Positions 56,069-64,000 of a stretch of DNA of 64,000 nt are shown here, in pieces. This stretch comes from an uncultured Ignavibacteria bacterium. Lineage in GTDB: Bacteria > Zixibacteria > MSB-5A5 > WJJR01. Position 1 is the stretch's first letter. Every line of letters begins with the position of its first letter. The DNA is taken from assembly GCA_964440935.1 (NCBI GenBank), contig CAYTTY010000014.1:12311-76310 (forward strand), read 5' to 3'. The notes beneath the pieces were generated by a model. That model saw only the letters and a program-made list of their open reading frames with translations. It had not been told where the DNA came from and made no database searches. Made by a program: the position numbers and the translations under genes.

Positions 56069-56842
56069 ATGCGGTGGGATCAGTTAATGCGTGGAGTGTT
56101 TACGATGGTGATGGTGTTGGTTGTCATCGGGTGGGCGGCAACAGCATCGGCGGATACGACGGCGGTCGATACAGTGGCCGATCCGCTGGAGCCGTTGCAG
56201 CCGCAGCTTGATGCTCGTAAGGCAAGCTTCATGGAACGTGCGCCACAAGAAACCATCGATCTGTATGAAGGTGCGATCGATGATCTGGGTGAATCGGGCA
56301 TTCTGGATCGCGCTCTCAATGTAGGAGATACGGTCCCGGAGTTCGCGCTCCCGAGTGCCACCGGCGATACGGTGACACTCGCCTCTTTGATCGAGGACGG
56401 CCCGGTCGTGGTCACGTGGTACCGCGGCGGGTGGTGACCCTACTGCAATGCCACGCTGGTAGCGTGGAAGGATGCCGTGCCGTTGGTGGAGAAAGCCGGA
56501 GCGCAACTCGTGGCCATCAGTCCCGAGCTACCGGACAATTCTCTGACGATGAAAGAGAAACATGAGTTACCGTTCACTGTACTGAGTGATCCCGACAATC
56601 GGGTAGCACGTGAATTCAATATCGTCTACACCCTGCCGGAGGGTGTTAAGACGTCATTTAGCAACTTCTTTTCGCTCTCCGAGTACTACGGAAACGAAAG
56701 CGGCGAACTTCCCCTTGCGGTGACCTACATCATCGATGAGAATCGCGTGATTCGGTATGCGTTCGTGAATGCCGATTACAAGAAGCGAGCGGAGCCAGCG
56801 GAGGTGATTGCGGAGTTGGAGAAGATGGGGAGTGGCGATTGA
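56069..56842 (+). CDS. Peroxiredoxin-like (AhpC/TSA, PRX_like2-type) thiol oxidoreductase with in-frame UGA at 56435-56437, a candidate selenocysteine (UxxC)
   Basis: Two track ORFs (56024-56437 and 56477-56842) are in the same frame and are separated only by TGA. Read-through gives VVTWYRGGW-U-PYCN, exactly where family members carry WCPYC. A stem-loop follows the UGA. The start at 56069 has a signal peptide and a GGAGAGGAG RBS. Confidence 0.7.
56445..56475 (+). promoter_or_regulatory. Candidate bacterial SECIS stem-loop
   Basis: GCA-aug-CCACGC-UGGUA-GCGUGG-aagga-UGC. The apical loop contains GGU and lies about 20-24 nt downstream of the UGA. Confidence 0.45.
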
Positions 56843-56869
56843 TGCGTTCTGACTATTCGGTCGAAGTTT

Positions 56870-56914
56870 CCCACCCTACCAGTTCTCGACTTCGTGGAGA
56901 ACTGGTAGGGTGGG
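56870..56914. terminator. 18-bp perfect hairpin between convergent genes (bidirectional terminator candidate)
   Basis: CCCACCCTACCAGTTCTC-gacttcgtg-GAGAACTGGTAGGGTGGG, preceded by TTT on the + strand. Confidence 0.5.
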
Positions 56915-56942
56915 GCACCCCGCATGGATCTTCATAAACTCA

Positions 56943-58214
56943 CTATCCATCGCGGCGGTTCAGAAGGAACACACCAATACCGAAGGCGACAGCGCCGATG
57001 GCGATTAACAAGCCGGCGATGGGGAGTAGTTCGGGAGTGGTGTAGCCGCGCCAGATCGATGCTTCGAAGCCGAGAATGCTCCACTTGACCGGGCTGATAT
57101 GGCTGACGGTTTGCATCCATCCGGGCAAGACTACCAATGGGATCATGCCGCCGCCGGTCATTGACGACAGCAACAGGACCGACCAACTGGCGCCGGCGAC
57201 CGCCTGCTCGGACCGTCCCATGGCGCTGACCATCATCATCAAGCCGACGAAACAGATCGACGCCGCGACCAGTGCGATTGCCAGCCCGGTGTAATTCATC
57301 ACGCGTACGCCGAGTGTCACTTGTCCAAACACAATCAAGAACGCGCAGACCACAATCGATGCAGTGAAACAGGCAAGCCCTTTACCGGCGAGGACATGGG
57401 CGCGGCTCATGGGTGCGAGACGGAGTCGCAAGAATGTCCCGCGGGTTCGTTCCTGCACAATGGTCATGGCAAAAGTGGCGGTGACGCCGATCAGCGCCCA
57501 GATCATCGCCTGCGGAAACGAAATCTCATAGGCGGAGCGTGGTCCTTCGCGGTTGACCTGAACATCGGTGACCGTGATCGGCGGTGATCCGAACGGGGAT
57601 GCCTCGGTCAACATGGATGAGTCGAATTGCGTCGATAGACCTTCCAATCCCGTAAACAGATTCGACAACACGTCGCGTTGTTGCGGGGTGAGATCACTGG
57701 CGGTATCGAGGGCAGACTTGCCTTTGGATACCCAGTCCTGCGTCACCTTGGGATCCTTGAATTGCTTTTGAAGGACGGTGAAATACGCCTGCGTGATCAA
57801 GCCTTTGAGGTAGCCAGCTTCCGCTTGGCGCGACGGATCGATGCCGATCGTCAATTCCAGACCACCACCGGGTGTGAATGTTTGTGCGTCATCATCCGCA
57901 GTTGGCGTGATCTGGACATGGCCGACCAGCCGTCCCTTTGCCACACGCTCACGCGCCGAATCGGCGGGCATGCGTCGTACGGTGAGCGACAGGGAACTGT
58001 CGAGTTGTGCGATCAGATCACGTGAGAATTCCGAAGCGACCTCATCGGTGACGACGATCCTCATCGTACCACCACCACCACCGCCACTGCCGGAGAATAC
58101 CGAACCGAAGAACAGGCCCATAATCAATGGGAAGCCGAGCACCCAAAACAGACTGACCTTATCGCGCCACAACAGACGCAGGTCCTTTTGGGCCATGATC
58201 GCGATCAGTCTCAT
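56943..58214 (-). CDS. ABC-2 type transporter permease
   Basis: 423 aa with an N-terminal TM segment, a large extracytoplasmic loop and a C-terminal 5-TM ABC2_membrane region. Confidence 0.85.
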   Translation of the reverse strand: MRLIAIMAQKDLRLLWRDKVSLFWVLGFPLIMGLFFGSVFSGSGGGGGGTMRIVVTDEVASEFSRDLIAQLDSSLSLTVRRMPADSARERVAKGRLVGHVQITPTADDDAQTFTPGGGLELTIGIDPSRQAEAGYLKGLITQAYFTVLQKQFKDPKVTQDWVSKGKSALDTASDLTPQQRDVLSNLFTGLEGLSTQFDSSMLTEASPFGSPPITVTDVQVNREGPRSAYEISFPQAMIWALIGVTATFAMTIVQERTRGTFLRLRLAPMSRAHVLAGKGLACFTASIVVCAFLIVFGQVTLGVRVMNYTGLAIALVAASICFVGLMMMVSAMGRSEQAVAGASWSVLLLSSMTGGGMIPLVVLPGWMQTVSHISPVKWSILGFEASIWRGYTTPELLPIAGLLIAIGAVAFGIGVFLLNRRDG

Positions 58215-59104
58215 TTGTCCCTCAGGCTGCGTCCGGTGAGATTCAAAAAGACCGATTCCAGATCGGCCTGATCGACACGCAATTGCTGAAACCGAATGCC
58301 CAGCCCGGCGAGGCGTGATATCTCTTCGAGTGGACGCGATGTTTGGATGCGCAAGGTCAAGCCATCCAGTTCACCGGGCAGTTTATCGGCATTCGCAGGT
58401 GGTTCGGACAACTCGGCATGGATAACCGATTCGCCGCCGTGATCGCGGATCAGTGCATCGACCGTATCAAGTGCGAGGATCTGTCCGTGGTCGATGATGG
58501 CGACACGATCGCAGAGGCGCTGTGCTTCTTCCATGTAGTGTGTCGTGTAGACGACCGTCTTTCCCGCTGATTTGATTCGCTCAATGCGTTCAAAGATCAA
58601 ATTGCGCGACTGGGGATCGACACCAACCGTCGGTTCATCCAGAAGCAGAACGGGTGGATCGTGTACGATGGCGCATGCCAGATTCAGCCGTCGCTGCATC
58701 CCGCCGGAGAAGGTCTTGGCTCGGTCGTTACGCCGATCGGTGAGGCCGGCCAATTCGAGGCAATAGTCGATCCGATCCGACAGATGGTTGCCGCTGAGTC
58801 CGTAGAGTTTTCCGAAGAAGTCTAGGTTTTCGGCGGCTGTCAGGTCATCATACAGTGCGAGTGATTGCGGGGCATTGCCGAGTTTATTGCGTACGTCGCT
58901 GCGTGTGGGATCATCGACACCGTCAATCGAAATCGTGCCGCTGTCGGGGCGCAGAATGCCGACGAGCATGTTGATGGTCGTTGTCTTGCCGGCGCCGTTG
59001 GGGCCGAGTAAACCCAACGTTTCGCCCGCTGCGATGTCGAGACTGACACCGTCGACGGCAAGAAGGGTGCCGTATGACTTCTTCAGTTCGTGCGCCGAGA
59101 CCAT
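58211..59104 (-). CDS. ABC transporter ATP-binding protein (DrrA/CcmA-like)
   Basis: Walker A is GPNGAGKTTT, the signature is FSGGMQRRLNLACAI and Walker B is LLLDEPTVGVD. There is a 4-nt overlap with the permease gene. Confidence 0.95.
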   Translation of the reverse strand: MVSAHELKKSYGTLLAVDGVSLDIAAGETLGLLGPNGAGKTTTINMLVGILRPDSGTISIDGVDDPTRSDVRNKLGNAPQSLALYDDLTAAENLDFFGKLYGLSGNHLSDRIDYCLELAGLTDRRNDRAKTFSGGMQRRLNLACAIVHDPPVLLLDEPTVGVDPQSRNLIFERIERIKSAGKTVVYTTHYMEEAQRLCDRVAIIDHGQILALDTVDALIRDHGGESVIHAELSEPPANADKLPGELDGLTLRIQTSRPLEEISRLAGLGIRFQQLRVDQADLESVFLNLTGRSLRDK

Positions 59105-59153
59105 TGGCTAGTTGTACGAATTCTCCGGATTGGTGTATCGTGTTTCAGGCGTC

Positions 59154-60797
59154 CTAGTGCGCGTACTCCGCGTCAATCGTGTCGCTCGTCCATTGCGGCA
59201 CGAGGAACTGCTCGGGTCGTGCCCCGACGACCGTCTTTTGCCATGATTCCGGGTAGCCGCGTTCCCGTGGCCGTCCGGTGGAGTCCTTCACGTAACCGTC
59301 GTTGTACTTGCAAATCAAGAACTCGCCAAGCTCTTTGTAGCGTTCGAGCGCACCGTTGGCCTGGCTGATCGAGTAGTCGGTCAGGTATTCGCGGGCCAAC
59401 TCGGGATTGGTTTCGGCGAGGGTGACCGCTGCTTCTTCGATCACCGGCTGCAATTCGAGCAGCTTGCCTTCGTATTCCGATTGCACCTTTTGGATGTCTT
59501 CTTTCATATACGAGTATTTGAGGTTCGCGAAGTTGGCGACGAAATTGTAGACCCAAAAGGCCGACTCCCACGAGAACTCCTGCAAATTGCCGACGGTGTA
59601 GGCCTCGGGGATATCGGTGATGCCGCAATAGAGCGGCGTGTAACACGAGAAGTATGTATCATCCAGGCCATACCAGAAGATGCCGCCGACATGATCCGCC
59701 ATCCACGACCGTGACTGGGAAATGAATGAAAACGCCGTCTGCTGTGTGGAGATCGGGCGTTCCCACATGTATGTGACGCTGTCGATCGTCCAGTCCATCG
59801 GGCGCCAACGGTTGGGGGTTCCGTACGGGCCGGCGTCGACACCGACGGTCATGTCATACGGCGTACCCTCGTAGTGGTCGCGCATGATGTCCATGACGTC
59901 TTTCACGCTCAATTTCTTATCGGGCGTTATCCAAAGGGGGTACGGCTCGGCCGCTTCGACACCACGGTGGTAGTCGGGAGAGAGGTTGAGCGACGGTGCG
60001 GCGCGACGGAACATGCTCCAGACGCGTGTGCCCGCATAACGTGAATTTTCCGGTGTGCGCGGGCAGTAGGCATCGCAGAAGCGGAATGGTTCGCTGGACT
60101 CGACGTCGTAGTAGCCCTTTTCGATCGCCAGCGTTTTGACGTTTTCGGAATAGAGGCAGTTGTCCGGATCGTCGAGTGGGAATTCGCCGATGCGGGCCTT
60201 GTTGGCGTGTCCGCTGACGTTACCATCGGGAACACGCAGCGCAACCCAGGCTGCGCCCTTCCCACCCGGCCCGGGTCCGATCATTTCCATGTACCAGACT
60301 TCATTTGGGTCGGCGATGGAGAACGATTCACCGGTACTGCGATACCCATACTCCTGAACGAGACCGTCCATGACGGTGATGGCCTCACGAGCGGTTTTGG
60401 TGCGTTGCAATGCAAGCAGCATCAGATCCCAGTAGCCAAGCATACCATCAGGATTGTGCAGTTCTTCACGGCCGCCGAAAGTGGTTTCGCCGATGGCGAG
60501 CTGGTGCTCGTTCATCAGGCCGACAACAGAATATGTGTGCGGCACCTGGGCGATCTTGCCGCGCACCTCGCCGCGCCAACTGGTGATTTCAATCGAGTCG
60601 CCCGGCTCATGATCGGCGGCGGGATGATATTCCAAGTGCGGGTGGAATTCACCGTCGCAGGTGTAGGTGACCATGGTGGACCCATCGGACGATGCCGACT
60701 TGGTGACCATGAAATTGGTGCAGGCGAATGCCGGTGTCGTGACCAGGCAGATCGCGACTGCAACGAGTGTGATCAGAAAGGCTGTGCCGTGACGCAT
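59154..60797 (-). CDS. C69-family dipeptidase
   Basis: The signal peptide ends ...PAFA, directly followed by the catalytic CTNFMV..., which is typical of N-terminal-nucleophile Peptidase_C69. Confidence 0.88.
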   Translation of the reverse strand: MRHGTAFLITLVAVAICLVTTPAFACTNFMVTKSASSDGSTMVTYTCDGEFHPHLEYHPAADHEPGDSIEITSWRGEVRGKIAQVPHTYSVVGLMNEHQLAIGETTFGGREELHNPDGMLGYWDLMLLALQRTKTAREAITVMDGLVQEYGYRSTGESFSIADPNEVWYMEMIGPGPGGKGAAWVALRVPDGNVSGHANKARIGEFPLDDPDNCLYSENVKTLAIEKGYYDVESSEPFRFCDAYCPRTPENSRYAGTRVWSMFRRAAPSLNLSPDYHRGVEAAEPYPLWITPDKKLSVKDVMDIMRDHYEGTPYDMTVGVDAGPYGTPNRWRPMDWTIDSVTYMWERPISTQQTAFSFISQSRSWMADHVGGIFWYGLDDTYFSCYTPLYCGITDIPEAYTVGNLQEFSWESAFWVYNFVANFANLKYSYMKEDIQKVQSEYEGKLLELQPVIEEAAVTLAETNPELAREYLTDYSISQANGALERYKELGEFLICKYNDGYVKDSTGRPRERGYPESWQKTVVGARPEQFLVPQWTSDTIDAEYAH

Positions 60798-60917
60798 GGG
60801 GGACCTCCATGGAGTGCTGTGTTGTCTCGTTCATGGGTAATGTGATGGGTGCGTGAATTCCAATGGGAAAGCGACAGGCGGTGGGGGTTGTGACAGGTTG
60901 TCTGTAGTTTCGGTGGG

Positions 60918-61140
60918 TGGAAAACCGTTGATGGTCATCAATGATCTACAGAGAGAGATTGGCATCCGATGATTGTCGCGCCTGGTGACAGCGACCACCC
61001 AGTGAACCGAATACAAGGTAACGTGCTCACTTTGGGGTCGGGGCCTGTTGTTTACACTGAACGAAGCCGAAGTGAATACGCCCTTTCACCGCTGCGGGTT
61101 ACGTGCCGTGGGCGTCTGCCATACGCCGCTACGATTGCTT
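60918..61140. repeat. Family-C element, copy C1 (about 220 bp)
   Basis: It aligns by eye across its full length, with high but imperfect identity, to the reverse complement of 62405-62620 (...ATGGTCATCAA.GATC.ACA.AGAGAGATTGGC...GTTTACACTGA.CGAAGCCGAAGTGAATACGCCCTTTCACCGC.GCGGGTT.CGTGCCGTGGGCGT...). Confidence 0.8.
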
Positions 61141-61162
61141 GTGTTCGTAAATTCGACTTCGG

Positions 61163-61951
61163 TTAAATCAACCCACTGCCGAGGCCTGCGGCGATCAGTA
61201 CCAAAAGTACTCCGGTTAAGGTCTGCACGCGGCTGATCGTGATCTTGTGCAGGAACCGTTTGCCGATCAGGACACCGGTGAAAGCGGCGATGATTCCGGT
61301 CAGAATGAGTGGCCATTGATTTCCGGCGAATGGACCAAGTGCTCCGCCGAGGAAGAACATCACGGCATAGATCGTGATGCGGGCCAGATCGACCAAAAAC
61401 CCGATGGCGGCATTGGTCCCCACAAACGCGGTCGCGGGAATGCCTACTTTGGCCAGAAATGCTGAGCGGAGTGCCCCCTGATGACCGGAGAGGCCGCCAA
61501 AGAAGCCTGACAATACACCGCCGAATGAGAGATAGCGTTGATCGATGGTGAACTCACGAAGGTGCGGAAGGAGTTCGAAGAACGCGAAGGCGAGCATCAG
61601 GACAGCCATGATCACCTTGAGCGGAGTGATGACGGCCGTGTGAGGACCCAATGAGTATTGTGCCCATTGACCGAGTTGCGATACATAGCCCAGCGTGGCC
61701 GCTCCGACAAATGCGGCCAGAATCGCGGGGACGCCAAAGCGCCAGACAATTCCCCGATCAGCATACTGTCCGACCACGAGGACCTTGAAGAGACTGTTCG
61801 CACCGTGCACAACGGCGGTTGATGCGACAGCAATGTCCACCGGCAGGAATATCGCAAAGACCGGCATCAGTAATGTGCCGAGACCGAAGCCGGAGTACAG
61901 CGTCAGTCCGGAAACCAGCAGTGCAGCGATGGCGATGAGGAGAAAGTCCAT
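61163..61951 (-). CDS. Sulfite exporter TauE/SafE family membrane protein
   Basis: 262 aa, about 8 TM segments, Gly-rich repeated halves (..GGLSG.QGALRSAFL..). Confidence 0.85.
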   Translation of the reverse strand: MDFLLIAIAALLVSGLTLYSGFGLGTLLMPVFAIFLPVDIAVASTAVVHGANSLFKVLVVGQYADRGIVWRFGVPAILAAFVGAATLGYVSQLGQWAQYSLGPHTAVITPLKVIMAVLMLAFAFFELLPHLREFTIDQRYLSFGGVLSGFFGGLSGHQGALRSAFLAKVGIPATAFVGTNAAIGFLVDLARITIYAVMFFLGGALGPFAGNQWPLILTGIIAAFTGVLIGKRFLHKITISRVQTLTGVLLVLIAAGLGSGLI

Positions 61952-62048
61952 AAAATCGACCCAGAGACCGGTGCGTGTGCTCTATATACTGACTGTCACA
62001 CCATGGGTCGAGTGTAAATGCCGCAGGGCAAGTACGGGACTGTTCTGT

Positions 62049-62715
62049 TATAGCGATTGTCGGATGTCCTGTCCGATTGAGAAGAAGTGAGGTTTGGTCT
62101 ACTTGCATATTCACGTTCGGGTGCCACGGGGCTTTAGGGGCGTGTTGAAATACCCAGAAGGTCCTCGCGTAGGTGCGGCTCTTAGCCGCACCGCTCCGGC
62201 TAAGAGCCGCACCTACACGAGGTTATGATTGTCTCATGCAGTTACATCATCTGGTCCGGAGTCAACACACGACTTTCTCAACAGGTCCCTTTAGGCCCGT
62301 GAATCGGGACCGTGTGAACGTGGAACCACGGGCCTAAAGGTCATCAACTATTCCACTGGACATCCCAGTTCCGCGAAGGTTGAGACCAGTTGGGTGTGCG
62401 TTACACCATCACTCGTAGCGGAGTGTTGCATACGCCCACGGCACGCAACCCGCGGCGGTGAAAGGGCGTATTCACTTCGGCTTCGCTCAGTGTAAACAAT
62501 AGGCCCCGACCCCAAAATGAGCACGTCATCTTCGCATTCGGCCGACTGGCTGGTCGCTGTCGCGATGCGCGAGAATCATGGGAGGCCAATCTCTCTATGT
62601 GGATCGTTGATGACCATAAGGCCCGTGGCCCGGGGATTGTGCCGACGCGGACACACGGGCCTGAAGCCCCGTGGTACCCCGATCCAAACGGACAAGAGTT
62701 CTGACAATCGCTCTA
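62049..62715. mobile_element. Composite family-A element, copy A7 (about 670 bp), containing a family-B element and inverted family-C copy C2 (62405-62620)
   Basis: The A termini are TATAGCGATTGTCGGATG ... GTTCTGACAATCGCTCTA. Internally, GCCACGGGGCTTTAGGGGCGTGTTGAAA...GAGTCAACACAC...CCCTTTAGGCCCGTG is B-like, and C2 follows. Confidence 0.75.
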
Positions 62716-62752
62716 AGATCCCGACGCTGTAACGCGCAAACCCCATCACGTC

Positions 62753-64000
62753 TCACCAATTAATTTTCTGGAGGGTATCGAGCAACTCGCGGGGAACGGG
62801 GGACCATTGGGATGGTGGTACGAGGGTGGCGTATTGGTCGAGCAGTTGGCGTGCCCGGCCGTAGTTGCCCAAGTCGAACTCGACACCAGCCAGATTCACA
62901 TACGGTGACGGATCGGTTGGATTGGCGTTGACGGCGCGTCGCCAAACAGTCTGGGCTTCACGTTTGCGGTCCAAGCGCAGGTAACAGCCGCCGAGGATAT
63001 TGAGATAGTCGGAATTCGATGGCATCGCTTTCGCTGCTTTCTCCAGGTGCGGGAGCGCGTCAAGGGGGCGCTGAAGGTAAAGAAAAATCGAGCCCAACAC
63101 AAATGACCGCACGGGATCATCCGGATCATTGGCCAGCGACCACTCGGCGTGTGGCAGCGCCTCCTGGTACCGTTGTTGGCGCATCAACGTGAGCGACAGG
63201 CTATAGCGGGCAACGTCGTACGTGGAATCGCGCCGGTAGATGCGTTGGTACCAGTCGATGGCATCGTCGACGCGGTCAAGCTTGTAGTAGGCGTTGGCGA
63301 TATTGGCCATGTAGCGCAGATTGTCGGAGTACTCCAGCGCGGCTTTGAAGTGTTTGATTTCGCCTAAGCGACGGTCGTTAATGCGGTGGTAGATCGCCAT
63401 GATTTCGTGGCCGTAGGCGGCACGCGACGGGTCCAATTCCAGGAGCGCCTTAAAGCGTTGTTCTTCGGATTCGGCGCGTGCACCGACGGCCAGCCATAGC
63501 CCCAGCGAGACAACAGCCGTGGTTGCCGCCGCGCGACGAATTGATGACGAGTTGAGTTGCGCCAGCCACAACGCGAGCGCGACCAGTGCCGGAGTGGCGA
63601 AGATGGTCATGAGGTCCCAATCGCGTGCCCAGCCGAGCTTGGGATCGATCAGGATCGATCCGAGCAACATGGGGATGATGGCCAACGCCCAGAAGATGTG
63701 TTCATCGCGGTGAGCGGATGAGGATTCAGTTCCGTCATCGCGAGATGGCTGAAAGCGTGATGTGGTAATGAGTATCAGCACGGCCGCAACAACTGCTGCG
63801 GGGACCAACAACATCCACTGATTGATGAAGTCAACGAAGTGCGCCAGGGAGAGGATGCTGTACGGGTTGTCCGCGCTGGGAAGTAGCGGCATGATGAAAT
63901 GCCCCGCTTCAACACCGATTCCGCCGACTTGCTGGCGATTGATGTCCCAGGCGAGGAAGGCGGTCAAGGCGGCAATCAGAACAGGAAATGAAACGAGCGC
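62753..64000 (-). CDS. Polytopic membrane protein with a C-terminal TPR-repeat domain; the N-terminus lies outside the window
   Basis: The reading frame stays open to base 64000. Several TM helices are followed by at least 6 TPR-like repeats (..YYKLDRVDDAIDWYQR.., ..QQRYQEALPHAEW.., ..GNYGRARQLLDQY..). Confidence 0.7.
   Translation of the reverse strand, partial: ALVSFPVLIAALTAFLAWDINRQQVGGIGVEAGHFIMPLLPSADNPYSILSLAHFVDFINQWMLLVPAAVVAAVLILITTSRFQPSRDDGTESSSAHRDEHIFWALAIIPMLLGSILIDPKLGWARDWDLMTIFATPALVALALWLAQLNSSSIRRAAATTAVVSLGLWLAVGARAESEEQRFKALLELDPSRAAYGHEIMAIYHRINDRRLGEIKHFKAALEYSDNLRYMANIANAYYKLDRVDDAIDWYQRIYRRDSTYDVARYSLSLTLMRQQRYQEALPHAEWSLANDPDDPVRSFVLGSIFLYLQRPLDALPHLEKAAKAMPSNSDYLNILGGCYLRLDRKREAQTVWRRAVNANPTDPSPYVNLAGVEFDLGNYGRARQLLDQYATLVPPSQWSPVPRELLDTLQKINW

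Noticed and set aside
56435-56437. TGA as evidence for an alternative genetic code or a simple pseudogene
   Set aside because: TGA terminates many well-defined genes in this window, including dodecin, the ECF sigma factor gene and the ComF-like gene. The position coincides exactly with the catalytic Cys of the family and is followed by a stem-loop, so Sec recoding is the better explanation. A sequencing error (TGC to TGA) cannot be excluded without reads.

Overview
64-kb chromosomal segment from a moderately GC-rich diderm bacterium, probably an uncultivated lineage. The window holds no rRNA or convincing tRNA that would place it. About 55 protein-coding genes lie on both strands. They include: a czcCBA-type RND metal-efflux operon with an embedded PII-like gene and a CDF transporter; HtpX; a CNNM/CBS/CorC protein; a multi-PAS hybrid kinase; an ECF sigma/anti-sigma pair; a TPP-riboswitch-controlled thiamine salvage operon (AIRS-family gene, tenA, thiE, thiL, thiD); a tandem array of three intact and one truncated paralogous outer-membrane beta-barrel genes; a Memo-AMMECR1 fusion with a ComF-like gene and DprA; dodecin with a membrane HdrD-like Fe-S oxidoreductase; a lower-GC island carrying an IS110 remnant, a sensor kinase and a sigma54-type response regulator; two ABC exporters; a DUF4397/fasciclin lipoprotein with a near-identical internal duplication; TspO; a peroxiredoxin-like gene with an in-frame UGA (candidate selenocysteine); a C69 dipeptidase; TauE; and a TPR membrane protein running off the 3' edge. 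The most striking non-coding signal is that nearly every long intergenic spacer is built from a shared set of GC-rich hairpin/TIR repeat families (MITE/BIME-like, here called A-F). These are nested inside each other and abut or truncate genes. In one case a filled copy and an empty copy give direct evidence of insertion. No CRISPR array, rRNA or intact transposase was seen.
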